Source: a virus
Reading direction: 5' to 3' (one strand)
Length of the DNA: 64,000 nucleotides
IMG/VR virus record: IMGVR_UViG_3300028840_000888
Coordinates: 9,775 to 73,774 of that record
A model generated the notes under the pieces. The model was not told the origin of the DNA. It did not search any database and worked only from the letters and a program-made list of their open reading frames with translations. Both the position numbers and the translations under genes were made by a program. How positions within the stretch are numbered: the first letter of the stretch is position 1; each line of letters begins with the position of its first letter. Shown piece by piece: positions 1 through 9,898 of this stretch.

Positions 1-54
1 TAAGAGTAAAGCCGCGACCAGGGCGGCGATGTTGGAACTATAAGGAGAAAGATC

Positions 55-291
55 ATGAAAGCAACCGAATTGATCGAGTGCAGGGGCAGGATGTACCACG
101 GAAAGCACCATGCCTTCCGAGACTATGGAAGCATCACCGGCAAGGATGCACGCGAGTATGTTCTTGAGGATTCAGACGGCAACACACGTTATGAAACGAG
201 CACAGAATTGATCAGCGCAATGTGTGAAGTTGCGCCGATTGAACTGTGGACAGTAGATGAAGTGAAATGTTACACATTGCTCAGGCAATAG
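55..291 (+). CDS. Hypothetical protein
   Basis: ORF with TAAGGAG RBS. Confidence 0.7.
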   Translation: MKATELIECRGRMYHGKHHAFRDYGSITGKDAREYVLEDSDGNTRYETSTELISAMCEVAPIELWTVDEVKCYTLLRQ

Positions 292-375
292 AAAGACAGG
301 GGAAGTCACTGATTGGCTTTATAGATTTTCACCAGATGGTTGAGCAACATCATGACAATATTTAAGGAGAAAGCA

Positions 376-1977
376 ATGAATAGCAAGCAGACGCAAGCCA
401 AGCTGTACCGGATGATCCGGGCACGCCAGCCCGTGATCGCGGTGCAGTCTTATGAAACCCAGCGCGTTCTGGATAGCATCATCGGTATCATTGATGCTGA
501 TGCGGAGCGCACGGGCGCCCGCAAGGAGCTTTTTGTGTGGTCAGTTACACAGGGGCTACGGCGCATGGGTACGAAAGCCGGGGAGTTGTATGATATGGAT
601 GCACCGAAGAATCCTCCGGCAGTACGGGCGGAGGACGAAGCCGAGTTGTTACCCATGCTTATAATTGATGAGTATGGCGACGCGGAAGATGAACCGGCGC
701 CCAACTGTATCTTTGTCGTCAAGGACCTGCACCCGTTCTTGGGAAATCCGTTAGTCGCCCGCGGCATCCGCGACCTTGCCGAGGTATTGACCGTGCGACG
801 CCAGACCGTGATCATGGTGTCACCATCTTTCAATCTTCCGGGAGACCTAAAGAAGGACGTGGCCATGATTGACTTGACGCTACCAGATGCGGCCGAGCTT
901 GACGCCCACATTGACGACTTCTTGTTCAGGGTGCAATGCGAAAGCGCATTGAATGGCGACAAGACCAGCTTGGTGCAAGCCCTTCAAGGTCTGAGCAAAC
1001 AAGAGGCCGATGCAGTGCTGGCCTCAGCGGTGATTGAACATGGTGAGTTGGATAGTCGGGCGATCAAGTTCTGCTTGGAGCAGAAGGCCGGGATCATCCG
1101 CGAGTCGGGCGCCCTTGAGTACTACCCGGCAGATGTATCACAAGCAGACGTTGGCGGCCTGGACATGCTCAAACAGTGGCTTGACAGCGCCGGGCTTTCC
1201 AATAGTCCGCAGGCGCGGGAGTTCGGGATTGAACCGGCGCGGGGCACACTGGTTGTAGGTGTCCCCGGTTGTGGAAAGAGCCTCACCGCGAAGATGGTCA
1301 GCGCGATGTGGAACCAGCCCTTGCTGCGCCTTGACGTGGGGGCGCTGTTCGGTAGCCTGGTCGGGGAGAGTGAGGAGCAGGCACGTAACGCTCTCAAGAT
1401 CGCGTCAGCGGTGGCCCCGTGCATCCTCTGGATTGACGAGATCGAGAAGGCCCTGGGATCAGGCGGCGGTGAGTCGGATGGTGGCACCAGCAAGCGGGTA
1501 CTTGGCACCATCCTCACGTGGATGGAGGAGCAGGGAAACGGTGTCTTCATTTTTGCCACTGCCAATGACATCACCAGTCTACGCCCGGAGTTGGTACGCC
1601 GCTTCTCGGAGGTCTTCTTTGTTGACCTTCCCGGCGAAGCAGAGCGCGAGGAGATACTATCTATTCATATTATGAAGGTAAATCGAAAGCCGGACGACTT
1701 CGACCTTAGCGCGGTAGTCAAGGCGACAAACGACTTCACCGGGGCGGAGCTTGAGAAGGTCGTGCAAGCGGCCCTGTGGGCAGCCTTCAAGGAAGACCGC
1801 GAGGTCAACACCGCCGACCTGCTGCAAGCAGCGGGTGACACGGTTCCCTTGAGCGTCACGATGGCCGATGGGATCAAGACCATGCGCGCCTGGTCAAACA
1901 AAGCCAAACCTGCCAGCAGCAAGCAAGAGACTGGGCGTAAGGCTAAGACATCACGCGGGCTGGCTTTGGAACTGTAG
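376..1977 (+). CDS. Ycf46-like AAA+ ATPase
   Basis: Walker A GVPGCGKS, Walker B ILWIDEIEK, ATAN sensor; AAGGAG RBS before ATG 376. Confidence 0.9.
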   Translation: MNSKQTQAKLYRMIRARQPVIAVQSYETQRVLDSIIGIIDADAERTGARKELFVWSVTQGLRRMGTKAGELYDMDAPKNPPAVRAEDEAELLPMLIIDEYGDAEDEPAPNCIFVVKDLHPFLGNPLVARGIRDLAEVLTVRRQTVIMVSPSFNLPGDLKKDVAMIDLTLPDAAELDAHIDDFLFRVQCESALNGDKTSLVQALQGLSKQEADAVLASAVIEHGELDSRAIKFCLEQKAGIIRESGALEYYPADVSQADVGGLDMLKQWLDSAGLSNSPQAREFGIEPARGTLVVGVPGCGKSLTAKMVSAMWNQPLLRLDVGALFGSLVGESEEQARNALKIASAVAPCILWIDEIEKALGSGGGESDGGTSKRVLGTILTWMEEQGNGVFIFATANDITSLRPELVRRFSEVFFVDLPGEAEREEILSIHIMKVNRKPDDFDLSAVVKATNDFTGAELEKVVQAALWAAFKEDREVNTADLLQAAGDTVPLSVTMADGIKTMRAWSNKAKPASSKQETGRKAKTSRGLALEL

Positions 1978-2064
1978 CCTTGCGGTCATTTTTGGCCAAT
2001 TTCCGAAATTGACTGTCTAAACCAGGAAATTGGCCCTTGTAATTGCTAAATTATGTGATATAAT
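1978..2064 (+). promoter_or_regulatory. Partial copy of the 54.6/55.8 kb repeat plus sigma70-like promoter
   Basis: CCTTGCGGTCATTTT, CAATTTCCGAAATTG hairpin, TGATATAAT with -10 at 2059-2064. Confidence 0.65.
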
Positions 2065-2097
2065 AAGTTAAGTAAGTGAAGGTACAGGAGGAAAGTC

Positions 2098-2568
2098 ATG
2101 AGCAAATATAAAAATTATACAAGCGTCATCAAGGATGTCGAACTCTTTAAGGCCGTCCTTGATGACCTGGGTATCCTGTATGAGGAGGGCGACAACATGC
2201 CCTTATACGGCTATCTGGGAAAACAGCGCCAGGAGCACGCTGACCTGGTGATCCGACGGCGCCACGTGAGCCGGGGAGCCAATGACATCGGGTGGAAGCA
2301 CACCGAAGACGGCTATGTTGCTATCGTCAGCGACTTCGACCGTGGGCAGATTGAGGACAAGACAACTCGCCAGCACCTCATCTTGTGCAAGGCCATGCAG
2401 GAGTATAGCCGTCGGGATGTTCGGCGCAGGTATGAGGAGAAGGGATACAGAATTGTTAATGAGCGACGTGTCGGGGATCGTATTGAATTTGAGGTTGAGC
2501 CGACGCGCCGGGTACGAGTAGCACGCACGCAAGTTGAACGCCAGGCGCGCGTAAGGGTGCGGAGGTAA
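2098..2568 (+). CDS. DUF1257 (Ycf35-like) protein
   Basis: NDIGW...Y.AIVSDFD motif; next to the Ycf46-like ATPase. Confidence 0.75.
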   Translation: MSKYKNYTSVIKDVELFKAVLDDLGILYEEGDNMPLYGYLGKQRQEHADLVIRRRHVSRGANDIGWKHTEDGYVAIVSDFDRGQIEDKTTRQHLILCKAMQEYSRRDVRRRYEEKGYRIVNERRVGDRIEFEVEPTRRVRVARTQVERQARVRVRR

Positions 2569-2571
2569 GTC

Positions 2572-2769
2572 ATGGAAAAGATCATTATCATTATTGAAGC
2601 AGACGGCGAGGTAAAGACGCATGTTGAGGGAGTAGAAGGCCCGGCATGTGAGGCACACCTGGCTCCGCTTGATGGGTTCGGAGAAGTGCGCGAGGAAGGT
2701 CACACCGACGACTGGGAGAAGACACAGCGGCGCGTGGTGAGTGTGCGCCGGGAGGTGAGGGCACGATGA
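2572..2769 (+). CDS. DUF2997 family protein
   Basis: IIIEADGEV...VEGVEGPAC pattern; context. Confidence 0.7.
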   Translation: MEKIIIIIEADGEVKTHVEGVEGPACEAHLAPLDGFGEVREEGHTDDWEKTQRRVVSVRREVRAR

Positions 2770-3032
2770 GAGAGGCAACTGAGCAGGTGTTGAAATTAAA
2801 GGTCGTGGAGTACATTGATGTCGCAGATCGCAAGGCGCACAAATTATACCAGGATTATCGCGCCACGTGGCGTGAGGTGGAAGAGTTGCGCCGGATCATG
2901 TCAGGCGTCCTAGACATTGACGCCGACCTCGGCGGTGATGGCGTGGAGATCCGTGAAGGCATTGCCGCAATCCTGGAAGACGAAAACCTGATTGAGTTGA
3001 TCTTCCCGGAGAAAGGCAAGCATGGCGCGTGA
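2766..3032 (+). CDS. Hypothetical protein
   Basis: ATGA coupling, GGAGG RBS. Confidence 0.65.
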   Translation: MREATEQVLKLKVVEYIDVADRKAHKLYQDYRATWREVEELRRIMSGVLDIDADLGGDGVEIREGIAAILEDENLIELIFPEKGKHGA

Positions 3033-3411
3033 TCGGGCTAAAGACTGGGCGCGTATCTGGCAACAGTTCGCGCCCAAGTCGCTCAAGCGCCTTGAAGTAC
3101 GCCATACAGAGAGTGGCGGTGAGTTGCAGTTTGCCCGCCAGGAGCTTGGCCGGCGCTGGCGCTTCGACTGGGCCATGCCATCCGTCAAGGTTGCGGTCGA
3201 GATTGATGGCGGGAAGCGCATTGCGAAGTACCTGCCACACAAGCGTCGGTGCGTGGTGGTTGGCCGCCACAACCTTGAAGGCGACATGGAGAAGATGAAC
3301 GCAGCGGCGATGTTGGGGTGGACGGTCTTGCACTTCACGCCGCAGATGCTCAAGCGAGATCCGCTTGGGTGTGTCGCAATAGTGGCAGAAACTATAAGGA
3401 GGAAGACGTGA
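3022..3411 (+). CDS. Vsr/DUF559-like PD-(D/E)XK endonuclease
   Basis: RRWRFDWA...VAVEIDGG...GRH...D.EK.N.A...GW.VL motif. Confidence 0.8.
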   Translation: MARDRAKDWARIWQQFAPKSLKRLEVRHTESGGELQFARQELGRRWRFDWAMPSVKVAVEIDGGKRIAKYLPHKRRCVVVGRHNLEGDMEKMNAAAMLGWTVLHFTPQMLKRDPLGCVAIVAETIRRKT

Positions 3412-3800
3412 GCAACTATGAAGGAAATGAGAAGGTACTAAAAGCCGTGCTCGCAATGATCAAGCAGCGCGGCCCAATTTCAAGCGGGCTGATTGGATTT
3501 CATGCAGAAAACGAGTGCGGGCTTGTGCTATTCAATGAGGACATTGAGGCGGCTATTGATGCCCTGCGGATGCAGGGCCATTGCATCATTGAAGTGGAAG
3601 GCGGCCTCAAGATCACGAGTGATGCCGTCGAGTTTGAGAAGTGGCGGGATGAGGTGCTATTGCCAAAGGTTGAGCATACCCGCGATATGCTGGCGAAGAT
3701 GTCAAGCAGATTGCGCGGTTATATACATGTTCGTGACATCATGATCATGGAAAGGGGAACGCGAGCCGTGCATTTGCATTGTAAGGAGGTGATTGCATAA
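3408..3800 (+). CDS. Hypothetical protein (possible winged helix)
   Basis: GTGA coupling with upstream stop, AGGAGG RBS. Confidence 0.6.
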   Translation: MSNYEGNEKVLKAVLAMIKQRGPISSGLIGFHAENECGLVLFNEDIEAAIDALRMQGHCIIEVEGGLKITSDAVEFEKWRDEVLLPKVEHTRDMLAKMSSRLRGYIHVRDIMIMERGTRAVHLHCKEVIA

Positions 3801-3933
3801 GGCGTAGATAAACAATGGGCAGGTAGAGGATGTGCAGATAGTTTTGTAAAAGGAGAATCCTCCACGCCGACCGCGCACAGTGGAAAAAGCTGCCGCAACA
3901 ATTCTACAAAGGCGATACTGTTTCAATTACATA

Positions 3934-3966
3934 GGCCGCATGGCAAGAAGTCATGCGGCCATTTTT
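3934..3966 (+). terminator. Intrinsic terminator-like hairpin
   Basis: GGCCGCATGGC/GTCATGCGGCC stem followed by ATTTTT. Confidence 0.6.
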
Positions 3967-3979
3967 CAAAAGGAGAACG

Positions 3980-5041
3980 ATGAACATACAAGACTACGAC
4001 TATTATGCCCTCGGCGTTAGCGGTGGCAAGGACTCAACCGCTCTCCTGCTGTGGTACAAATACATGTCTGGGCTACCAATGTCTAAGCTACGCCTTACCA
4101 CAGCAGATACAGGTAATGAGGATTTGTTGACCTACGCCTACATTGATATGTTGCGCGACGAAATCGCGCCTATTGAGCGTCTGCAGCCGATGTGTGGGCG
4201 TGTTGGCGAGCGAGTGCCGTGTGATTTCAGCAGCCTGGCAGTATGGAAAAAGCGATTCCCGTCGCGGCGTGCGCGATTCTGTACGCAATGGCTAAAGGTT
4301 ATTCCGTCGCGTGAGTATGTGGCCGGGCTAATGCACGAGGGGTCAAGTGTTCATACTGTGCAGGTGGGTGATTTCGACATCACCACAACCGGCCCCATGA
4401 AGCATGTCCTTGTGCTTTCCGGCGTTCGCTGGGAAGAGGGTCGCGCCAGTAATACACGCGGCGAGCGCGCCAGCTTTGAGTTTGACGACGGGTGGATGAC
4501 GGACGTATACCGCCCTGTCATTGATTGGGACATCGACGATGTGTGGGCGATTGCCAGCGAGTATCTGAGCTTGGAGCGTGTGGCGCAGATCATACAAGAT
4601 GACCCGCTGCTCTCAGAACAACATAAGCGCGATTTGATAGCTAGGCAAGCGGCGCACGGCATCCCGCGCAATCCGCTGTATGACATGGGAGCGCGGCGGG
4701 TTGGGTGTTTCCCATGCGTCAACTCTGTAAAGAGGGAGGTGCGCGCAATGGCGAAGTATCGCCCGCAGCGAATAGACGAGATAGAGCGGATGGAGTGCGA
4801 TGTCAGCGCCGTGTCATCCGTGGAGTACTCCTCGTTTTTCCACCGTAACACTGTACCGATAGCGCATCGCTCAAAAAACATTACCACGAAAGAGGGCGAA
4901 AAAATGCGCGTGGCTACAATAATAGACATTGTGCTATGGTCAAAGACTCGCGCATTTAATCCTAATCAATTTGATTTCGACCCCGATTTCATGGAACCGC
5001 CTAGCGTTTCTGCATGTGATATTGGCGGAATGTGCGAGTAA
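3980..5041 (+). CDS. PAPS reductase family (PP-loop) protein
   Basis: SGGKDS PP-loop, DTG, CT..LK, GVRWEE, NPLY..G..RVGCFPC. Confidence 0.88.
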   Translation: MNIQDYDYYALGVSGGKDSTALLLWYKYMSGLPMSKLRLTTADTGNEDLLTYAYIDMLRDEIAPIERLQPMCGRVGERVPCDFSSLAVWKKRFPSRRARFCTQWLKVIPSREYVAGLMHEGSSVHTVQVGDFDITTTGPMKHVLVLSGVRWEEGRASNTRGERASFEFDDGWMTDVYRPVIDWDIDDVWAIASEYLSLERVAQIIQDDPLLSEQHKRDLIARQAAHGIPRNPLYDMGARRVGCFPCVNSVKREVRAMAKYRPQRIDEIERMECDVSAVSSVEYSSFFHRNTVPIAHRSKNITTKEGEKMRVATIIDIVLWSKTRAFNPNQFDFDPDFMEPPSVSACDIGGMCE

Positions 5042-5097
5042 TGTTGCTGTATACGCCTAAGAATTGACTTGGGCAATGATTTTACATTGCTAATTTA

Positions 5098-5862
5098 TTA
5101 GCTGGTAGCCCTGGCCGCATCCGCTATCACCTGCACGGTTCCACGCGATAGCTGGTTCACATCACCGGCAGCAATCTCCTGCAACTCATAAGCCATGCCA
5201 CCCTGGATGGCAAGCTCAGCGGTGGCACGGGCGGCAATCTCTATCGTTACGGTTCCTGCGCCTACATTGACGGCAAAGGTAACATCGCCGGGATTGGCCG
5301 CCGCTGCGCCATTGAGGTAGAGCAGGCCGGTGGTAGTATCCGCGAATAGGATCGCCTGCGCGTCCGTATCTTCCTCCACGTCATCCTTGATGGCGAATTG
5401 GATTTTGGTGTACCCGGCAGTGATGGTGCGTCCGGTGAAGCTAATCGTCGTAGTTGCGCCACGTACTATCTGGATATCGTCACCGTCTAGGGCCTCTGAA
5501 ATAGTGCAGCCGCCGGCGCAATCCCACACGTCGCACAGATCCGCCGCTGCCAGCAGGTCGTCAATGTCCTGCTCTACAGTTTGCAGGCTCCACAGTTGAT
5601 CATCCCACTCGGCGCCAGCCACATCACGGAAAAGTACGGCCACGCGATCCGCGTTCATTTCGGCGGCTGTAAGGGCCACATGTACCACGCGCCCGGTAGA
5701 GGTGGGTAGCGCGGCGATATTGGCAAGGGCGCCGCCATCCTTGCTTACCTGCACGTCACCTGCGGCTAAGGTCGGCGTGTTCTGGAACTGCGGGCGGTTC
5801 GCCTGTGAAGTCAGGGCGGTATCGAATGTGTATGCTACGTTCTTCTTGGGTGGTACTGGCAT
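5098..5862 (-). CDS. Virion structural/tail-associated protein
   Basis: Beta-rich Ala/Thr/Asp composition; end of structural operon; AGGAGG RBS. Confidence 0.6.
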   Translation of the reverse strand: MPVPPKKNVAYTFDTALTSQANRPQFQNTPTLAAGDVQVSKDGGALANIAALPTSTGRVVHVALTAAEMNADRVAVLFRDVAGAEWDDQLWSLQTVEQDIDDLLAAADLCDVWDCAGGCTISEALDGDDIQIVRGATTTISFTGRTITAGYTKIQFAIKDDVEEDTDAQAILFADTTTGLLYLNGAAAANPGDVTFAVNVGAGTVTIEIAARATAELAIQGGMAYELQEIAAGDVNQLSRGTVQVIADAARATS

Positions 5863-5872
5863 GGTGTCCCTC

Positions 5873-6979
5873 CTAAACAATAACTCCGGGCGTATTCACT
5901 GACACACTACGCCCCAACTGCGGCGCGAAAACATTGCGCACAAATACGCCAACTGATTCGCCCTTGACGAAGCCGCCGCGAATCGCCACGCCGCCACAGG
6001 TCTCCGGGATGCTGTCAACGTAAGGCACAACATCAGGATTGGGCCCGGACACCCCGATCACTGCACCGGCTCCCAGGTAACGCGATAAAATATCCGGGCT
6101 TGGCGTATCGGACGCAAAGAGTAGCGTTGATCCATCAAGATAGATACTATCTTGATCCGCGACTGCCTGTGTTGTGTAGGCTCCCCACGCATTAGCCGTT
6201 TCATGAAGCAGTTCTGTCGAGAAGTCGTATACCTTCTGTGTCAAGGCATCCTCAAAAACCATCGAATCAGGGCGAAGCGGCCTAACGCCTGCCTGCAATA
6301 ACAGTGTGCTGGCGTCAAAGTTTACCCGGTACAAATCATCCCCGGCTATCCCGCCACGGCAATAGAAGAAGGTCGGTGCATAACTATTGATGAAGACCCA
6401 CGCGGCGTAACGAGTTGCGCTAAAGCTGGCTGTCGGCGTCCACGTCGCCGCACTGTCAGTACTCACGAATACTGTCGAGCGCCCAGGGATGCGCCAGCCT
6501 GACGAACATGCTACATTGCCATTATTGGCAACGATATTTCCGATCACCGAATGGCGCCCGGTAGCCTCCACCACATAAGCCGCCCACGTCCCGCCTTGAT
6601 CTCCGCTACGCAGGGCATAGAGCGGAACCGTGGAGGCTAATGATTCAACTGTGAAAAGTGCGTACACATCGCCATTGACCTGATCCACGCCGATGTCAAT
6701 GATGGTGCTGTTGGGATCAGCCTCACCGGTAAGCACGCGGGCCTGAGCAGTTGTTAGGATAGGAGACCACGCGCCGGTGGTGCGTGTAGAGATTACGCGA
6801 GTAGCAAGTGCCGCACCGTCAAGACAATACTGGCGCAGGTTGTCGTCTTCCGGCGCGATTTCGATAATGTTGGTGCTACCCAGGCCGCCATTAGCCGCTG
6901 CCCACGCTTGCGGGGCAGTTAGCGAATCAGTGGCATATACTCCTAGTAGTCCCGTTCCGATTATGTATTGTGTTGTCAT
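5873..6979 (-). CDS. Beta-propeller tail protein with Asp-box (BNR) repeats
   Basis: RSGDQGGTW and VSTDSAATW Asp-box motifs. Confidence 0.6.
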   Translation of the reverse strand: MTTQYIIGTGLLGVYATDSLTAPQAWAAANGGLGSTNIIEIAPEDDNLRQYCLDGAALATRVISTRTTGAWSPILTTAQARVLTGEADPNSTIIDIGVDQVNGDVYALFTVESLASTVPLYALRSGDQGGTWAAYVVEATGRHSVIGNIVANNGNVACSSGWRIPGRSTVFVSTDSAATWTPTASFSATRYAAWVFINSYAPTFFYCRGGIAGDDLYRVNFDASTLLLQAGVRPLRPDSMVFEDALTQKVYDFSTELLHETANAWGAYTTQAVADQDSIYLDGSTLLFASDTPSPDILSRYLGAGAVIGVSGPNPDVVPYVDSIPETCGGVAIRGGFVKGESVGVFVRNVFAPQLGRSVSVNTPGVIV

Positions 6980-6980
6980 G

Positions 6981-7009
6981 TTGTGCTTTCCGATACTCTA
7001 TGGTATAAT
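6981..7009 (+). promoter_or_regulatory. Promoter antisense to the tail operon
   Basis: TTGTGC-N17-TATAAT with TGn extended -10. Confidence 0.6.
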
Positions 7010-7048
7010 TTCATTATCGCTGGGCCCATTGGGCTTTTGCTTATATTC

Positions 7049-7100
7049 TGAAAAAAACCTACTCCGTATGGGCTGCCACCCAGGATGTGGGTTTTTTTCA
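7049..7100. terminator. Bidirectional terminator-like hairpin
   Basis: TGAAAAAAACC...GGTTTTTTTCA inverted ends with inner GGG-CTGCCA-CCC hairpin. Confidence 0.7.
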
Positions 7101-7104
7101 TGCC

Positions 7105-8241
7105 TCACCCACTTGCCCACCCCGCTAAAAGCTCGGACTCCTCAAAGGCCGCCGTCTTCAAGGTGACATTGCCCTCCTGACTTACTTCTACCTCCTCAAC
7201 CAGAATGTCCCGGATGTCCTCATAGATGGTCGCGCCGTCCAACGGCACCCCACCGACCGGATACCGCATGTCACGATAGATGCCGGGCTGTAGCAACCAC
7301 GGGTTAACGGTCTGGTTTGCGCCAATGCGTTGGAAGATGCCGCCGGGTAGGATGTAGTATTGCGGCGTAGTATCAAGCGGTGCATAGACTACACCGCGCC
7401 CCGGTATCACCTTGAGAGTGTAGACGCTTGTACCGTCACCCAATGCGGTCATGTCCTGTAGCACATCCCAAGCCCGCGCGGCCTCACCCAGGGTACGCTT
7501 GACCTGCAAGGCGTTGGTAGTGATTTGCGTTGAGCTAAGGAACTCACAATCGGTAGTCACAATGCTATCAATCCAGGCTGACACGTTGCCGGTAGCATCA
7601 TCGTTGGTAGTGACATGCTTCCATTGGGCGGTGAAGATGTAGCCGCAGAGTTGTACGGCTACAATAGCATTACGGGCGCCCATGATCTGACCTTGCGCCT
7701 TGTCGTCGGCCCCGTCAAGATTGATACTGATCGGCACGCTCGGCGCATTGGCGTATAGCTCAAGATAGCGGTCGCGGCGGCTATTGGCTACCGCTGCGGC
7801 ATACTCGCCCTCGCCGGGCGATAGTATCTCCTCATACTGACCATAGCGTTTGATACTTTCGGCATCTGTGGCGGCTGCTGTAGTCTGTGGGTTGCTGCTA
7901 GTATCCGTGTAGTTTGCCTTGACATGGTTTGCGAATGTCTCAAACCCACGCCGCCTGCGTACCCCGGCAACTTCAAGCTCAAGGGCGTATGCCATCGCCT
8001 CATAACTGATGGCAGCCCCGGCGCGCTCCTCGATGTGATAGCCAAGCCAGTTGTAGTACACTTCCTGAGCCTCGGACTCCGGCAACATCATATCGAATGA
8101 GCCTTCCCAAAAGCCGCCTTGTAAGCGGATCGAGCGCCGATAGTTGCGCGCCAGTGGCATTAGGTCGCGTACAAAGGCATTATTCTGTAGCACAGAAGAA
8201 AATGCACTCAAGCTATAGTTGGGCTGACTAAAATTTACCAT
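7105..8241 (-). CDS. Tail tip/minor tail protein
   Basis: Position and size; D.ESI.RYG motif seen in siphovirus minor tail proteins. Confidence 0.6.
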   Translation of the reverse strand: MVNFSQPNYSLSAFSSVLQNNAFVRDLMPLARNYRRSIRLQGGFWEGSFDMMLPESEAQEVYYNWLGYHIEERAGAAISYEAMAYALELEVAGVRRRRGFETFANHVKANYTDTSSNPQTTAAATDAESIKRYGQYEEILSPGEGEYAAAVANSRRDRYLELYANAPSVPISINLDGADDKAQGQIMGARNAIVAVQLCGYIFTAQWKHVTTNDDATGNVSAWIDSIVTTDCEFLSSTQITTNALQVKRTLGEAARAWDVLQDMTALGDGTSVYTLKVIPGRGVVYAPLDTTPQYYILPGGIFQRIGANQTVNPWLLQPGIYRDMRYPVGGVPLDGATIYEDIRDILVEEVEVSQEGNVTLKTAAFEESELLAGWASG

Positions 8242-8250
8242 GATAATCTA

Positions 8251-9717
8251 TTAGGTATCCCGATAGCTCATCCACCGTGGCACATAACTCATTGTACCCG
8301 TGATCGTGTCACCTAGTACGCTCCCGGCGGCGCGCTGGGCAGCCATCACCACAACACCGTCACCCTCAGGCAGATACCAGGTGCGTGGCGAGAAGTCGCC
8401 GTATTGCGCCGGTACGCTGGCGCCCTCAAGGGTAACGGCGAGTAGGGTATCATCAGGGCGCGTGTAGATAGCCAGCAGGTCATCCACATACGCGCCTTGC
8501 TCTATGGCGGTATTGTCGATGCGGATCATGTGATCTGAGGGTATGAAGATGAAGGTATCACAATCGAATTTGTCAGTTGCGGCGGTTCCCGTGATGTGCT
8601 CGGCCCACATCTGCATACGGAAGTAGCTACTTTCAATTCCATAAGCGCCTATTTCCGGGAAGGTGCCGTACTCGGGTATCTGAATCTCGCCAAGCTCATA
8701 CAAATGCCATGCGCTATCCGATATGTAGACATCCTGGGATGGCTGTAGCCTGGTTGAGCCGGCGGCAACAGAGGAGCCATAGCGTAACTGCGCTCGCACG
8801 GTTGCCCCGGCAGTAACTTTGGCGCGCATCAATACTGAATAACGGCCTATCATGTGCTGTGAGTAGACAAGCCCAATGTCACCGAAGCGAGTGTCAAAGC
8901 GGATGCCGAAAGTTGCGAGGACATTGAATGGAACCTCGACCTTGTTCCCACTGCTCGCCGTTGCATCGGCCTGCACGATGGCGCCGGAATACAAGGCCCC
9001 ACTAGCCAGAGCAGCATTTTCGCACTCGTGACGCGCATTGAAGGATGCCGTACCGGCGTACTCCTCGCGTATACCTATCCAGGCCCTAGTGAGTGCTGTG
9101 GTTGAGTTCGTCCCGAATATCGAATAGGCCAGGCGTGCGCGGGCGGTTCCGGGTACATTCGTGTATGTGAATGATGTGCCGATAGCATCAGCCCCGGCGC
9201 CGCCGCTGACGGTCGGTAGATCGTCGGGTACATCCTCGTAGTAGCTTTCCCAAAATGGGTGGCGGTCGAGGGACATGGCCGCGACTAGCACGGCACTCGG
9301 TGCGCCATCAAGGAAGAAGTTCGCGCCGTTGCGCGGCGGGAAGGCACACATGGCGCGGTAGATCAGGCTACGCTTTTCGCTTTCATCATCCGTCTTGACC
9401 TTGAGCCATGTGTAATCCGGGCGTGACGGGTCTACATTGGAGCGCAGCGCCTTATTGAAAAATGCCTCAAGCGCCGTCTGGATGCCGTGAACATTGGCCT
9501 CGGTATCTTTAGTAACGATAGAGAATGATTCCGAGTGCGGTGTATAGTGTGAGAAGGAGACTTGCGCGCCGAACTCAACATGGCGGAAGTCACCTTCCGG
9601 CCACGGGTTAGCGGGCGTCCACATTTTTTCTATGATCTCATAGTCACCATCCCATAGATCATAGGTTAATGGCCCACCGTTTATTGAGTCACTGTGTAGC
9701 TCGAACTCAACGGCCAT
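8251..9717 (-). CDS. Minor tail protein (possibly Dit-like with carbohydrate-binding insert)
   Basis: Position; ECE...AD..ASSG CBM-like start. Confidence 0.5.
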   Translation of the reverse strand: MAVEFELHSDSINGGPLTYDLWDGDYEIIEKMWTPANPWPEGDFRHVEFGAQVSFSHYTPHSESFSIVTKDTEANVHGIQTALEAFFNKALRSNVDPSRPDYTWLKVKTDDESEKRSLIYRAMCAFPPRNGANFFLDGAPSAVLVAAMSLDRHPFWESYYEDVPDDLPTVSGGAGADAIGTSFTYTNVPGTARARLAYSIFGTNSTTALTRAWIGIREEYAGTASFNARHECENAALASGALYSGAIVQADATASSGNKVEVPFNVLATFGIRFDTRFGDIGLVYSQHMIGRYSVLMRAKVTAGATVRAQLRYGSSVAAGSTRLQPSQDVYISDSAWHLYELGEIQIPEYGTFPEIGAYGIESSYFRMQMWAEHITGTAATDKFDCDTFIFIPSDHMIRIDNTAIEQGAYVDDLLAIYTRPDDTLLAVTLEGASVPAQYGDFSPRTWYLPEGDGVVVMAAQRAAGSVLGDTITGTMSYVPRWMSYRDT

Positions 9718-9898
9718 TTAATTTAATCACCGCGTGGGCAACTATACGCCCATCTATTATCTGAGGTATCGCCGTTAGTATACACCCGTGCTTTTCGAGC
9801 ACCTGATCAATTTCTAGCTTGCAGTGCGCCAGGATCATGGCGCGCGTTTCTTCAATTACCTGCTGTGGAGTTTTGGTGACAACTTCCTGCTCGTCCAT
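9707..9898 (-). CDS. Small hypothetical protein
   Basis: Coupled ORF in tail operon. Confidence 0.6.
   Translation of the reverse strand: MDEQEVVTKTPQQVIEETRAMILAHCKLEIDQVLEKHGCILTAIPQIIDGRIVAHAVIKLNGR

Noticed and set aside
3980-5041. Complete Dnd phosphorothioation system
   Set aside because: No dndA/B/D/E-like genes in the window
6979-6987. 9-nt match to the loop of the 57.1 kb tRNA-like element
   Set aside because: Same sense as the mRNA so it cannot pair; expected by chance
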